64,000 bases of DNA from Camelus ferus (GCF_009834535.1 NC_045705.1:31558001-31622000), one strand, 5' to 3'. Numbered from the stretch's first letter, positions 23,771-37,580 are shown. Made by a program: numbers and translations. The notes: generated by a model from the sequence alone, not told the origin.

Positions 23771-24769
23771 GCTTTTATCCTTAATTCTTACAACCCGTTT
23801 TATAGTATACAAACAGATGGCTCGATTTGACCAAATCTCAAGTTCGTGTTAGAAAAGCGCTATAAAGTGAGAAATGACTCCATGTCAGATATAATTCACA
23901 GCTTTAAGTAAGAATTCCCTTTCTTTGTTGGTAGTAATTAGCTGCAATTTTTTTTATTGTAAAGTCTGGAAATAAGTAAAAGTCTAATTTACTGAATTAT
24001 TCGGTATAACTAATTTGCCATAATTTCATATAACATTAGATATGTTCTGTTATCTCATCAATCCTTTCACTGGAGATGCATAAACAGAGATAAACAATCA
24101 CTTGTAGGTGGTATTGTACAACAGATTTAAACATCCTTGTTATTTAAACTTTAAATTTTCATAGTTCAGTTAAGTATAACACTCTTTACAAATGAATGAA
24201 GGGTCTAGTCTTTATCAAAAGAGTTTATGATGGGGTTGTGGGAGATAAACTTTGGCACCAGAATGGGGGCAGGAATGTCTACAGAAGGTGAAGCTATGGA
24301 AAAATCTGAAAGTAGATAAGCATCCTAGGACAAAACCAGAAATGATATCCAAAGATGAATGAAACTCCAATCTGGCAGAAAGGCCATGTCATACAAAAGC
24401 CCACAAGACAGATATCTGATATGAAGATACCTAAGACATTTTAGAGTGGTGGTAAGAAAGTGGAACCTGGAAGATATTCCCGGGATAAAACTGTAGGATG
24501 TTTTTTTATTTTTTTGACTCAATCTAGAGTTGTAAGAAAAATAATGAAGATGTACAGGCATTTTGGACAGGAACTAGGTCAGTGAAGCTCGTGTGACTGG
24601 TTTAAAAATGTTCAAATAGGTTTCTGTTGACTTATGTTCAGATGTTGCCAGAGATGATCATTAGTTAAGTAGTCTTGATAAAGGATGATATTTACTCACA
24701 TTGTACTACATTGCTTAAGTTAAGTTTCACATATTTTTAGTTGTTTGAAGAGCCTCCATACTTTTTTTC

Positions 24770-26525
24770 ATTATGGTTGGACAAATTTACATTCTTACCA
24801 ACAGTGCACATGGGTTCCAGTTTTTAGACATTCTCACTAATATTTANNNNNNNNNNNNNNNNNNNNNNNNNNNNNNNNNNNNNNNNNNNNNNNNNNNNNN
24901 NNNNNNNNNNNNNNNNNNNNNNNNNNNNNNNNNNNNNNNNNNNNNNNNNNNNNNNNNNNNNNNNNNNNNNNNNNNNNNNNNNNNNNNNNNNNNNNNNNNN
25001 NNNNNNNNNNAAAAATTCAATTATTTACTTTTTTGCTACTGAATTAATTGTATGAGTTTCTTATATATTTTTGATTTTAACCTTTTATTATTATACACAG
25101 TTTGCAAATATTTGCTTCCATTTTTTTTATTGCATTTTCTTTTTTTGGTTGCTTTTTTTGATGTGCAGATGATTTTTTAGTTTGATAAGCAAGTAGTCTC
25201 ACTTGTTTATTGTTACATTTGTTGCTTGAGCTTTTAGTGTAATTTTCCAGAATCATTACAGACAAATGCCAATAAGCTTTTTCTCTATGTTTTCTTCTAG
25301 CAGTTTTACAGTTTCAGGTTTTACATTTAAGTCTTTATTTTGTGTTTATTTTTGTATATGGGTATAAGATATGGGTCAAATGTCATTCGTTTGCATGTGA
25401 ATATACAGTTTACCCATCACTATTTATTGAAGAAACTGTCGTTTTCCCATTGAGTTGTCTTGGCACCCTGGTCAAATATTAATTGACTGTATATGCAAGA
25501 GTTTATTTCTGGGCTCTCAGTTCTGTTCCATTGTTCTAGGTGTCTGTTTTTATGCCAGTGCCACACTGTTTTGGTTACTATATCTTTGAAGTGTGCTTTG
25601 AAATCAGGACATGTGATGCCTCCAGCTTATTCAAGGTCTTTGGTGGTTCCATATGTATTTTAGGATTTTATGTTCTAATTCTGTAAAAAATGTTCTGAAA
25701 TTCTTATATGAATTTCATTGAAACTTAGATGGTTTGGAGTCATATGGGCAAACCATATGGCAATTTAAAAATATTAATTCTGACCCATAAACATAGATAT
25801 CTTTCTATTTATTGTAACTTAAAATTTCTTTTGTTAATGTCTAATAGTTTTCAGTGTAGAGATCTTTCATCTCATCAGTTAAATTTCGTTCTAGGTATTT
25901 AATTCTTTTTAATGCTATCATAAATGGGGTTGTTTTCTTGATTTCCTTTTCATATAATTTGCTGTAAAAATGCAAATAATTTTTGTATTTTGATAATGTA
26001 TTCTATGTTTTTACTGAGTTCATTTATTAGTTTTAACAGTATTTTTGTGGAGTTTAAAGGGTTTTCTACATATATAATCATATCACCTGCAGACTTTCCA
26101 ATTTGGGTGCCTATTACTACATTTTCTTGTCTCTTTTGCTACTGTTTCTAATAACATGTTGAATAGAAGGAGAGAGTGGGAATCCTTACTTTGTACTGGA
26201 TCTTAGAGGAAAAGCTGTCAGTTTTCTCTCATTGATTATCATGTTAGCCATGGGTTATTCATGAGTGGCTTTTATTATGTTAAGGAAACTTCCTTCTAAA
26301 TCTATTTTGTTGAGAGTTTTTAATCATGAAATGTTTCGAACTTCATCATATGCTTTTTCTAGATGTGCTGACATAATCATGGGGTTTTATCTTTCATTCT
26401 GTGAGTGTGGTGTATTACATTAATTGATTTGCATATTTTAAATCAATCTTGCATCCCAGGGATTAATCCCACTTGGTCATGGTGTATAATCTTTTGGATG
26501 TACTGAATTCAGTTTGCTTGTGTTT
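24770..26525 (-). mobile_element. LINE-1 ORF2 3' half, antisense, decayed
   Basis: gtttgcaaatatttgcttccatttt; tttgcatgtgaatatacagtttacccatcactatttattgaag; ttgaatagaaggagagagtgggaatccttac; catcccagggattaatcccacttggtcatgg. N-run at 24847-25010. Confidence 0.9.
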
Positions 26526-26529
26526 CATT

Positions 26530-26645
26530 TTCTTAAGCTCTATGAAGGCAGAATCCAGGTCTCTTTATTCACCACTGAAGCCCCAGCAACTGTCAACATG
26601 CTTGATACTTTCCTTGTGCTCAAAAATATTTGCTATTAATGAATT
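26530..26645 (+). mobile_element. L2 3' end
   Basis: aagctctatgaaggcagaatccaggtc...tgctcaaaaatatttgctattaatgaat. Confidence 0.6.
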
Positions 26646-26719
26646 AAAGACAAAGGGAAAAAATAAATATATTTATCCTAACATTGTTTATGTGTGGAAG
26701 AGCCATGTATTTTTATTTA

Positions 26720-26925
26720 AAAATTTTTTTATTTTTAAAAATTTTTCTTGAAGTATAGTTGATTTACAATGTTGTCTTAGTTTCTGATGTACAGCATAGT
26801 GATTCATATATATATTTTCATATTCTTTTTCATTATGGGTTATTACAAGATATTGAGTATAATTCCCTGTACAATACACTAAGACCTTATTGTTTATCTA
26901 TTTTATATACAGTAGTTTGTATCTA
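26720..26925 (-). mobile_element. Short L1 3' end (camelid/artiodactyl type)
   Basis: ttgaagtatagttgatttacaatgttgtcttagtttctgatgtacagcatagtgattc...aattccctgtacaatacac. A similar 90-bp piece lies at 28855-28943. Confidence 0.85.
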
Positions 26926-27571
26926 AATCACTACTAAAATAGTTACATACTGTAACAGGGACAATCAATTGTGATATATGAAAATAAGCAGTTATTAATG
27001 AAAAATCATTAGAGTTTTAGTGATAATGAACTAATATATACACTGCCCAGCAAAGGTCCTAGCTCAGTCAATGGTAACTATTATAGTTACCTGATCTTGT
27101 TATTATCATTGCCGGGAAGTTCATAGCAGTTCAGAGCATGATCTGGGAAATCAGTCACTTCTGGTTACTGGCTTTCCAATACATCTGTTTTGATACCTTC
27201 TCCTTTATGTGAGTTTTCCCATCTGAAAAATGGCAGTCAAAACAGTGCTTATCTCCTTGGATTATTACAGAGATTACTGCTCAATAACAATAAATTCTAT
27301 TATTTCTTTAATTTGTGATTAGAAGGGTAGCATGTAAATCCATATATGTGGTTGAAGCTAGTAAAACAATTTTCTAAATGTGGAAAGAGTGGTCCTGGGT
27401 GGCGTTTTTCTCTCTTTTCTTGCACCCATTTCTGCTTCAGTTGATACAACACAATCTAAGATTCATTGCAGTTAATTTTTTATTTATCCCATAAGTATTC
27501 CTTGCTGAGATTATCCACAATGTCTTTTTGACCACTGCTTCAGTTGAATCAATGTTGGGCTACAGGCACAT

Positions 27572-28501
27572 TTATTTATCACCTAAAATAGCTTTGCTAC
27601 TACACAGTTTCCCAACGGCATTTTTCATCTGGGCATTTCTCAAGGTATAGATTAATGGATTTAACATGGGAGTTATGATTGTGTAGAACACAGCAACTGC
27701 TTTATCAATCGATAAAGTAGCTGCGGGTCTCATGTACACAAATGTGCAGGGCACAAAGAATAAGACGACCACTGTGATGTGGGAGATGCAGGTAGAGAGG
27801 GCCTTGCGTCTTGCCTCCAAGCTGTGGGTTCTTAGAGAGTGCAGAATGACCACATAGGAGACCATCAACAGGAGGAAGTTTAACAGACAGATGAACCCAC
27901 TATTGGCAGCAACAAAGAGTCCTAGGGTGTGGGTATCAGTACAGGCAAGATTGAGTAAAGGGTTCAGATCACACATAAAGTGGTCTATGACGTTAGGGCC
28001 ACAGAAGGGTAATTGAAAGATGAAGAGGATCTGTATGGTTGCATGAAGAAAGCCTCCCACCCATACCACTCCAACTAATAGTCCACACACCCGCCGATTC
28101 ATGATGGTTGTGTAGTGCAGGGGCTTGCAGATGGCCACGTAGCGGTCATAGGCCATCACAGTAAGCAGGATGCCCTCAGCACCTCCAGAGAAATGTTCCC
28201 CAAAGATTTGGGTCATACATTCATTGAATAGAATGGTCTTTTTTTCATGGAGTGAATCTATGATCAGTTTGGGAGTATTGACAGAGGAATAGCAGGCATC
28301 AATAAAGGAGAGATAAGCCAGGAAAAAGTACACGGGGGACCCCAATGATGGGCTGGCATTGATGGTGACTACAGTGAGCACATTTCCTACTACAGTGATG
28401 GAATAGATAACAAAAAATACAGCAAATACGATTCTCTGCATCTTTGAATTCTCTGTGAGCCCCAGTAGAACAAACTCTGTCACATTGTTTCTATTCTCCA
28501 T
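27572..28501 (-). CDS. OR4C46: Olfactory receptor OR4C46/OR4C13-like, 309 aa, intact
   Basis: [86 protein letters not shown] and the C-terminus ILGDK closely match human OR4C46 (and OR4C13) as recalled. Acceptor ttttcAG at 28531-28532. Confidence 0.93.
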   Translation of the reverse strand: MENRNNVTEFVLLGLTENSKMQRIVFAVFFVIYSITVVGNVLTVVTINASPSLGSPVYFFLAYLSFIDACYSSVNTPKLIIDSLHEKKTILFNECMTQIFGEHFSGGAEGILLTVMAYDRYVAICKPLHYTTIMNRRVCGLLVGVVWVGGFLHATIQILFIFQLPFCGPNVIDHFMCDLNPLLNLACTDTHTLGLFVAANSGFICLLNFLLLMVSYVVILHSLRTHSLEARRKALSTCISHITVVVLFFVPCTFVYMRPAATLSIDKAVAVFYTIITPMLNPLIYTLRNAQMKNAVGKLCSSKAILGDK

Positions 28502-29273
28502 GTATTTTATGTGATGGTTAATTGCATTACCTGAAAAGAAAACAATTTTTATGAATGCAACTTTGAATTTATTGAACTTCCCGTTATACTATATAATACA
28601 TTTCAAAATTCCATAGAGTTTTGAATTCTTTTGATTTATGTGTGTGTGTGTGTGTGCCTGCACATTGGAAATAAAAGATTGTGAGATTATAAAGACAATT
28701 CAAATTACCTCCCAGGTGCAGTCTTTGTTAAGATTATAGATAAAAGTAACTTTTGTAAACACACAGGCAAGAGACCACTTGTGCACACGTAATCATCACA
28801 GATTACTGAGTCTAATTTGACATTATACATTGCATACATAGTGTACCTAACTCTTTTTTGGTATATATATTTTTACTGAAGTATAGTCAGTTCACAATGT
28901 TGTGTCAATTTCTAGTGTACAGCATAATGCTTCAGTTGTACACGAACTCTTAAAAAGAGGTACAAGTTGGGCATAAAATCGGTAAATGCAAAGCTAAAGA
29001 ATATTTGCCTTAATATTTAGGAAATAGAAAGCCATGGAAGGTTACTGAAAATATGAATGAAAGAATGACTAGGAATGAAAGGAATCTGAAGCAGGGGGAA
29101 TCTTGGATGTTATTCTAGTAAAGATCTTTGTGTGTCTTGAATGAAATGGACTGAGGTTCAGTGAGGGGTGGAAGGCAGGCACAAGAACCCCAGTAGTAGA
29201 CTACTTACAAGAGTTGAATAAGGAGCAACAGGGCATTGGTGATGGGAATGTAAAGAATGGATACAAGAGGCAC

Positions 29274-31500
29274 TTAAAAGTAGTCATAATGCATGTTTCC
29301 TAAATCCAGTAACTTTACAATAGCTAATAATATATATTTTAAAATAATTGATTGCTGTATGGCTGGTATAATAGCAAATGTTTTGCAGTTATGATCCCTT
29401 TTCATATGATAACAACCTATGTGGTTGGTTTTATATCATCTACTTTGCAGTTGAGGAAACAGTCTCACAGGCTAATGTTAGTGGTTGTAATAAAAATGAT
29501 AGTATTAACTTACTGAACACTTAGTGTGCTCTAAGTGATTTGGCAGACATTTGGTATTCAGTCCTCAGTATAAACCTCAGGACGTGACTGCTATCATGTC
29601 TATACTTATTTTAAACGTCAGGAAATAGATGTATAAAGAAGTCAAGGGTCCTGCCCAAGATCAAGCAGCCAATAAAAGGCAGAGTCAAGATTAGATCAGA
29701 TTTATACTTGTTAAATTCTCCCTCCAAATTCTTAACCCATGACCCATTTGGCTATGTTATAATAAATGGTATTGAACTAGTAGTCTTTTTTTTTTTTTGA
29801 GATGATCATGATAATTATAATGACTTTACTCCTACTTCAGAGGCAAGTCTATGTGGAGCAATTTAGTCTGCTTTCTCTCATGCACACAATGCACAATAAC
29901 ATATTGGAACTCCCCAGTGTGGAGGAAAACTGTGGGGCTGCTTTCACTGAACAGCCCTTTTATCTTGGCCTCTCTCTCAGCCCCAAATATTTCCTCCATC
30001 ATCCTCCAAAATGTGGGCCTCCAGACTCTCCTGAAGAATATCTAAAAAGAATATCCCACTGGTTAAGTGTATTGGCTTGAGAGTTAGCAAAACCAGATTA
30101 GAATCCTAGTTCTTCCACATGCACTTTTAAAAAAAATCCGGCTACATTATTTTGGCACCTTATATCCTTGTTTCCTCACCTATGAAGTGAGAATAGTGCC
30201 TACCTCACAGGCTGCTATGAGGATGACTTGAGATAACATATAGAACACATCCACCATAGTGTTTGAGACACCATAGTACTTTTATTTAATTTAATAACTG
30301 TGTGTGCACCTAGGAAATAAGAATTGATAGTTTTAGTAGCAATACAGAGAAACATTTAACTATGCAATGATCTCAGGAAGAATCATTACCAATTTCACTC
30401 CCAAGGAATCCACAGAGACTCATACTATCTATAATAGTCAATCCCTGGAAGGATTCTCTATGCTTGTGCTTATACTAAGCTGCTGATGACTTATGTCATT
30501 TAATATTCATATTTATGTCTTTTGTGTCTGTGAAATGTAGTCAAATTTTGTTTTCATTTACAATTAGTCTTCATTATCAAAGGAGACATCTAATGGCAAA
30601 AGCGTGATATCAGAGAGCTGGGTCCTACAATTTGCTTAATTTCTATGAGCTTCAAATTTTTCAGTTGTCAAATTAGGTTACTGATAATTATAAATGGTCT
30701 TTTCAAGAATTGGGGTGAGGATGAAATCCTCTATCACTGTATCTGAAAAGTGCTGGAAAATAGTGAGTCCTATGTATGGTAAGTAACAATCTTTAATAAG
30801 TATCGGCACTACTGAAACACTTACCTTAGCTGTCTCAGATGGTCTTAATGATGCTTCCGGGTGCTCAGAAACAATCCTCTTTTCAAATTGATTGCTTCTC
30901 TTAATAAGTAATTCTCAATATGAAATATATGTCACACTTGGGAAGGGCCTATTCAGATAATTCATATCAAATGAACAATTCTTAAGAAATTGTATACATT
31001 ATGTCCAGTTTTTTTTTTGTGGATGTCATGTATACTTCAATAAGCTTGTTAAAAAAGGAAATGTTCTTATAAACCTAAATCTTTCCATCTATCTTGAAGC
31101 CTCAAAAATTCTTTGGGTTTTCTGGTTTTAAATTTAGAACAGATTCTTTTAAAATGCTATGGAGAAATGACCTTAAATATATGACTCTGGTTTCACAGGG
31201 CAAGAAGCAGACAGTGCAGAGGTCAAATGGCTCATTCTGCCCATAATGAAGCTTGCTCTGGAGTGGTGAACAGCAACAAAAATCATTTTCACCTTGCCCT
31301 TGTACGGATATTTAAAGAGGTCTCCATAAGGTTCAGGGACTGTGTCTCAAAGCTGCTGCTTTCTCTCCCAGGAATTAATTATCTCTTTTGTGTCAAAGGC
31401 TTTGTCTTAGAAACAGATATTCTGGAGAGACATGTTTGATAAACACCCATTCTTGAGTGGGGAAACTATATTCTCTGCACTTGGAACCTAAGCATGGGAG
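29274..31500. repeat. Tandem segmental duplication, copy 1 (~2.2 kb, non-coding, contains four MIR fragments)
   Basis: Collinear with 31609-33850 along its whole length, roughly 70-80% identical by eye (e.g. ttaaaagtagtcataatgcatg / ttaaaagtatttataatgcatg; aaaaatcattttcaccttgcccttgta in both). Confidence 0.92.
30819..31385 (-). promoter_or_regulatory. Putative promoter/first exon of the OR4C46-like gene, copy 1
   Basis: TAATTA+ATTCCTGGGA composite at 31366-31381, TTTAAATA at 31309-31316 and donor AAG|GTAAGT at 30819-30827. Confidence 0.6.
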
Positions 31501-31515
31501 AAGGAGGTAGTTATG

Positions 31516-31607
31516 TTTTTATTTTTAACGGCGATACTGGGAATAGAACCCAGAACCTTGTGTATGCTAGGCATGCACTCTACCCACTGAGCTAAATCCT
31601 CCCCCCC
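31516..31607 (-). mobile_element. tRNA-derived SINE, Vic-1 type (camelid)
   Basis: Minus strand GGGGAGGATTTAGCTCAGTGGGTAGAGTGCATGCCTAGCATACACAAGGTTCTGGGTTCTATTCCCAGTATCGCCG plus an A-rich tail. Pol III A and B boxes are visible. Confidence 0.85.
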
Positions 31608-31608
31608 T

Positions 31609-33850
31609 TTAAAAGTATTTATAATGCATGTTGACTAAATCTAATCACTACAATACATGATAACATATACTTTTCAATGATTGGTTGCCGCGTGCATGGT
31701 GTGGTAGTAAATGTTTCACACGCACGCTTCCTTTTCATCGTGGTAACAATCTGTGTGGTTGGTATTGTATCATCCATTTTGCAGATGAGGAAACAACCTC
31801 AGAGACTAATGTTAATAGTTGAATGAAAATGCTACTATTAACTAAAGCTGAACACTTACTGTGGCTTAAGTGTTTATGGAGACATTTGGTATTTAACTCT
31901 CAGTATAAATCTCAGAGACGGTTACTACTATCATTTTTATACTTATTTTACACATTAGGAAACAGAAGCATAGAGGTTAAGAATGCTGCCCAAGACCAAG
32001 CAGCTAATGAAGGGCAGGGTCAAGACGAGGTTTCAGGTCATTCTTATTTATTAATTTTCTCCTCCTACTTCTTAACCTATACCCAACATTGTTATGATAA
32101 ACAATATTGAACTAGTAATCTCTTTTTGAAATGACCAAAATTGTTCTAATTACTTCAATATTACTTCAGAGGCAAGTTTATATGAAGCAATTTCATTAGG
32201 TCTCTCTCTCTCTCACACACAGACACACACAGTGACATCTTTGAACTTTCAAAGTGTAATTAAAATGCGGTATTGCATTCACTGCATGGCCCTTTCATCT
32301 CGACTTCTTCCTCACAACTCACTCTCCCTTGTCCGATACCACTCCAAAGAATGGGACCACAGATTTCTCTGCAGAATGTTGAAAAAGACTATCCCAAGTG
32401 ATTAAATGGATTGGTTTGAGAACCAGAAAGACCAGATTAGAATCATGGTTCTTCCAAGTGCAATTTCTTTCCCCTGAGGTACGTCTCTTTGGCACCTTAC
32501 CACCTTGTTTTCTCATCTGTAAAGTTAGAATAATAATCTCCATCTCAGAGATTGTTGTGATGATTGAGGGAATATGTGTGAACACAGTCACCATGCTGCT
32601 GTGGACACAAGAAGGACTCTCCGTGGTTTTTATGACTGTGTATGCACTTGTGGGATAGGAAGAACGACCAGTTGGGGCAGCAATACAGAGACATAATTAA
32701 CCATGGAACAGGCTCCAGAAGAATCACCACCAACTTTACTCTCAAAGAAGCAACGGAAACTCATGTTATGCTTAGCAGTTTCCCCAGTTTTCTCCATATT
32801 TGTGCTTGATGAAACAGCTGATGGTTTGTCACTAATATTCTTAATTTCCTCCCTGTGTATGTGAAGTGTATTTCAATTTTATTTTCATCCTCATCAATAG
32901 TTTTGATTACTAAAGGAGGCGTTTCGTGGCAAACATGGTGCCTGGCGTCAGAGAGCTGGCTCCCACAATTTCCTTAATCTCTATGAGCCTCAAAATATTC
33001 AACTGTCAAATTAGGTTAATGATATTTACACATATCTCTTGAAAAATTAGAATGAAGATGAAATATTCTATTACTATATCTGAAAAATGTCAAAAAATAC
33101 TGATTACTGTGTAGGGAAAGTAGCGATCTAAAATAAGCATCAGCACTGTTGAACTCTTACCTTAGCTGTCTTAGATGATCTTAAGTGATGTCTGGGTATG
33201 TTCAGAAGCAGTTCCATGTTCAAAGTGACCATTTCTTACAGTAAGCAACTTGCAGTAGGAAACACGTCACACTTGAGAAGAGCTTATTAACTATCAAATG
33301 AACAATTGTTAAGAAATTGTATACGTTGAACATGTACACTTTTTTTGGGTATCTCAATTATATCTCAATAAACCTGTTAAAAAAAGAAAGTGTTCTAACA
33401 TATCTAAATCTTTCCACATAGCCTGAAGCCTCAAATGCTTTTCACAGAAAATCTGTTTGAAATGTTTTCTGATTCTGAATTTGGAATGGGTTCACTTGAA
33501 GCACCATGGAGAAATGACTTTAAATAAGATATCTCTGGTCCTGTAGCACAAGAGGCAGACAGCGTGGAAAAAGCACATTCAAATGGTTCACTCTGCCCAT
33601 GAATCTTGCTCTGGACATGTAAGCAGCAACAAAAATCATTTTCACCTTGCCCTTGTATAGATACTTAAAGTAGATTCTATAAGGCTCAGAGAACTTACTT
33701 GTCTTATAGTAATTGCTTTCTCTCCTAGGAATTAATCGTCTCCTTTGATGGAAAGACTGTCCAGAAGCTGGTATTCTGGAGAGATATGTTGGAGAAACAC
33801 CCATTCTTCAGTGAGTAACAGTATTCCCTACACTTAGAACTTAAACATGT
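31609..33850. repeat. Tandem segmental duplication, copy 2
   Basis: Collinear with 29274-31500. Confidence 0.92.
33155..33742 (-). promoter_or_regulatory. Duplicated promoter/first-exon module, copy 2 (partly decayed)
   Basis: ctcctaggaattaatcgtctc at 33722-33742 (3 mismatches to copy 1). Donor AAG|GTAAGA at 33155-33163. Confidence 0.5.
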
Positions 33851-34094
33851 GAGAGTTACCTTTCTCTTTCTGCCCCTGGGGTTGTTAAGAAAACTGAATG
33901 TCATGTGAATAGCCAGGTGGGATAATTCCAGCGTGTGGACCTGTGATATAGTTTCTCTGTTGACTCGTGTCATAGGGGAAATTTTTATTTTCTTACCAAT
34001 ATTAAACCTTCATTGGAAATCACTGTTAATTGCTTGAGAGTTAGATCAGTGAGACATAAAATTAAAGGCAGAGTTTTGAAAGTTCTTGACTCTA

Positions 34095-36190
34095 AAAGCT
34101 TTTTTTATTTCTTCTTACTCCCCAGATTTATTGAAGTATCAAGGACAAATAAAATTGGGTGTATTTAAGGTGTATAACTTTGTATTTTGATATAAGTATA
34201 CATTGTGAAATAATCTCTGTGATCAAGCTATTAACATTTATCACTCACATTCTAACTATTTTTTTTGTGTGACATTAGTACTTATGATCCACCCTCTTAG
34301 CAAATTTCAAGTGTACAATGCAGTACTGTTAACTATGGTCACATTGCTGTACAACAGATTTCCAGAAATCATTCATCTTGCATAGCTGGAACTTTGTTCT
34401 CCCTGGTGAACATTTCCCTATTTCTCCTTCCCCCAGTCTCTGGCAACCACCATTCTACTCTCTGCTGTAAGTTTGACTATTTCAGATTCCACGTATAAGT
34501 AAGATCATGCAGTGTTTCTCTTTTCTGCCTTATTCTACTTGGCATTATGTTCTCCAGGTTCACTCCATGTTGTCACAGATGACCGTTTTCCCTTGGTTGT
34601 CCCTATTGTATATATATATACACCACATTATCCATTCATCTATCAGTGGACATATATGTTGTTTCCATATCCCAGCTCTTGTAAATTATGCCATAATGAA
34701 CATGAGCAGATATCTCTTAAAGATAAATGATTTCAGTTCCTTTGGATATATACCCAGAAGTGGGGGTGATGGATCAAAAATCTTATTTTTAATTTTTTCA
34801 GGAATCTCCATTCTGTTTTCCATAAATGCGATGCCAATTTACATTCCCACCAAGAATGGTAAATTATTGTGATTTTAGTTTTTACTTCCCTATTGCTAAT
34901 GATGTTGAGTACTTTGTTTTTCATGTTCTTATTGACCATTTATGTATCTTTTTTTGTGATATTTCTATTCATGTCCTTTGTACATATAAAAATAGAGTCC
35001 TAAAAATTCATGTATATAAAACTTATAAAATTATATGTGTATATATAGTTTTCTCCTAGCCCATGTATTGCCTTTTCATTTTTAAAAATGTTGACATTTG
35101 ATGGGGGAAGATATAAAATTTTGATAAAGTCTAATTTCTACTTTTCTTTTGTTGCTTGTGTTTTCTGCCATATTTAATAAACCATTACCTAATCATAAGG
35201 CCATAAAGATTTGCTCTTATGTGTTCTAAGAGTTTTATAATTTTAGGTTACATTTTGGTCCTGTATCCATTTTGAGTTAATTTTTGTATATGGTATGAGG
35301 TTGGGGTCTAAATTCATTCTTTTGTATTTAAATATCCAGGTGTTCCAGCACCATTTGTTGAAGATAATGTTCATTCTCTAATGAATGGTTTTGACTACCT
35401 TGTAAAATTTCATTTGGCTATGCATGTACGGGTTTTTTTCTGGACTCTCAATTCTGTTCCTTTAGTCTATATGTGTCTCCTCATGCTAATACTATAGTGC
35501 TTTAATTACTAGAACTTTTGGTAAGTTTAGAGAGCAAAAAATGTGCCATCATTTGGTTATTTGGAGTTTCTTGCAATGCCATATGTATTTTAAGATCAGC
35601 TTTTTTATTTCTGCAGAAAAAGGTATTGGGATCTTGACAGTGACTCAGTGCACCTGTAAATTACTTTGAAGAGTGATCTTAATTATATTAAATTTTCCAA
35701 TCCATGAAGATTTTGGTATTTAATTTCTTTAAAAAACATTTTACATTTTTCATTGTGAAAGTCTTCTACCTTACTGGTTAAACTTATTCTTCTATATTTT
35801 ATTCTTTCTAATGCTATTGTAAATAATTTTTCTCAACTTCATTTTCAGATTGTTCATCACTAGTGTATAGAAATACAAGTGTTTTTTGTATGTTGATTTT
35901 GTATCCTGCAATTTTCCTTAACTTGTTTATTAACTCTAAGAGGTTTTTTTTTTTTTTTTGGTGTGGGTTCTTTACGGTTTTCTATATGTGAGATCATTCC
36001 TATGAAAATAAAAATAGTTTTACTTTCTTCCTATTCTATTTGGATGACTTTTATTCTTTTCTTTAAACCTAATTTTTTAGGATAGAAACCTATAATAAAA
36101 TGTTAAATAGGAAGAATTTAGAGTGGACACCCTTGTATTGTTCTGACTGTATGAGGAAAACTTTTTAGTGGGCTGTAGTTGTTTGTTGGT
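34095..36190 (-). mobile_element. LINE-1 (L1MA-type 3' UTR and decayed ORF2), antisense
   Basis: gtgtatttaaggtgtataac; ctcttagcaaatttcaagtgtacaatgcagtactgttaactatgg; tttcagattccacgtataagtaagatcatgcagtg; ccagcaccatttgttgaagat. Confidence 0.9.
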
Positions 36191-36219
36191 CTATTGACTT
36201 TTCTAAATGATTTTTGCAA

Positions 36220-37580
36220 AAACTGGAGTTTGTAGAAAGTGCAATAAAGATGGAAAAATGACAGAGTTTGAAAAGGAAGAATTAAACTGTATATTTGCAA
36301 AATTTATGGTTTTGTACGTAGAGAAGCCATTACTAATAAGTGAATGTAGCTATATTGCTATATAAAAGTTCAACACATAAAAACAAACTATGCCTCTGCA
36401 TCAAGAATAAAAATATTGAAAAATTAAATTGAAAAGCACTGCTTACATTAGATAAAAGTGAAAATACTTAAGAAAAAATATAATCAATTATGTATAAGAG
36501 CTCTACCTTGAAATTTTACACTATCTGATTTTGAGACTTAATATAAATATGCAGTAACCAAGACAGTGTGATATCAATAAGAAGTAAGCCGACAGATATA
36601 TGGAACAGAATATAGAGTCCAGAAATAGGCCAGCACGTATATGGTTAATTGAGCTGCACAAAAAGCTGCTAGTGCAGCTATGGGGAAAGGAAAATCTTTT
36701 CAACAAAAGATGCTGTGATAGTGGATAATCATATTGATAGTAATAAACCTGAGCTTGTAATTCAAAGTACATAAAAATTAATTTGAGATGAATTACAGAC
36801 CAAAAGAAAAGAGTAAAAAGTATAAATCTTCTAGAAGAAACCTGGAGTATATTTTTGAAGACTTGGGCTTGACAAAGATTTCATAGTTTGTGTTAGTTTT
36901 AGCATTTAAATATCAAAAGCCAAACATCAAGTACTTTGGAAGAAAAAAGAGGTGAGTATGTTTGTGACTTTGAAGTATATGAATTTTTTAAAGGAAACAC
37001 AAAATACTTTTTTTCATAAAGAAAAAGCATATAAACATCAATATTTAAATTATGAACTGCTGTTAGTAAGAAAACCTTAAAATAAGTGAAAAGACAAGCC
37101 TCAACTAGAAAATCTTTGCAAGGCTTTAAATCATAAAGGATTACTGTTTAGCATGCTTAACAAACTTCTACCAACTGAAAATAAAAAGACAAGTGGAAAA
37201 TAGTCCAAAGACATGAGCAGGCATTTCAGCGAAAGACTGATGTGAAGAATAAACATGTGACGTGATAATCAATTCATAAGTATAGAAATGCCTATCAAAC
37301 CCACAATGAGATAACACTCTGTATCCATGTAATTTGCAAAAATTAGGAAGTTTAAGATTACTATGTAATGTAGAGAACAGGAACCAATAGATGTCTTTTA
37401 CATTGCTGCTGGAAGTATGTATTGATACAGCTACTTTGGAAACAAATTTGGCGCTATCTAGTAATCCTGAACACCACATAACCTTGATTCTACTCAGGAA
37501 ATAGTTGGCATATGTATGTCTAGATTTGTGTTCTAGTCTTTACAACAGCCTGTCAGTAACACTGAAATGTGGAATTACCT
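36220..37580 (+). mobile_element. Old LINE-1 ORF2 3' fragments, sense
   Basis: aatatgcagtaaccaagacagtgtgatatcaataagaagtaagccgacagatatatggaacagaatatagagtccagaaatagg; ctttggaaacaaatttggcgctatc. Confidence 0.8.

Noticed and set aside
31516-31607. tRNA-like sequence with A and B boxes
   Set aside because: It has no complete cloverleaf or acceptor stem and carries an A-rich tail, so it is a tRNA-derived SINE and not a tRNA gene.
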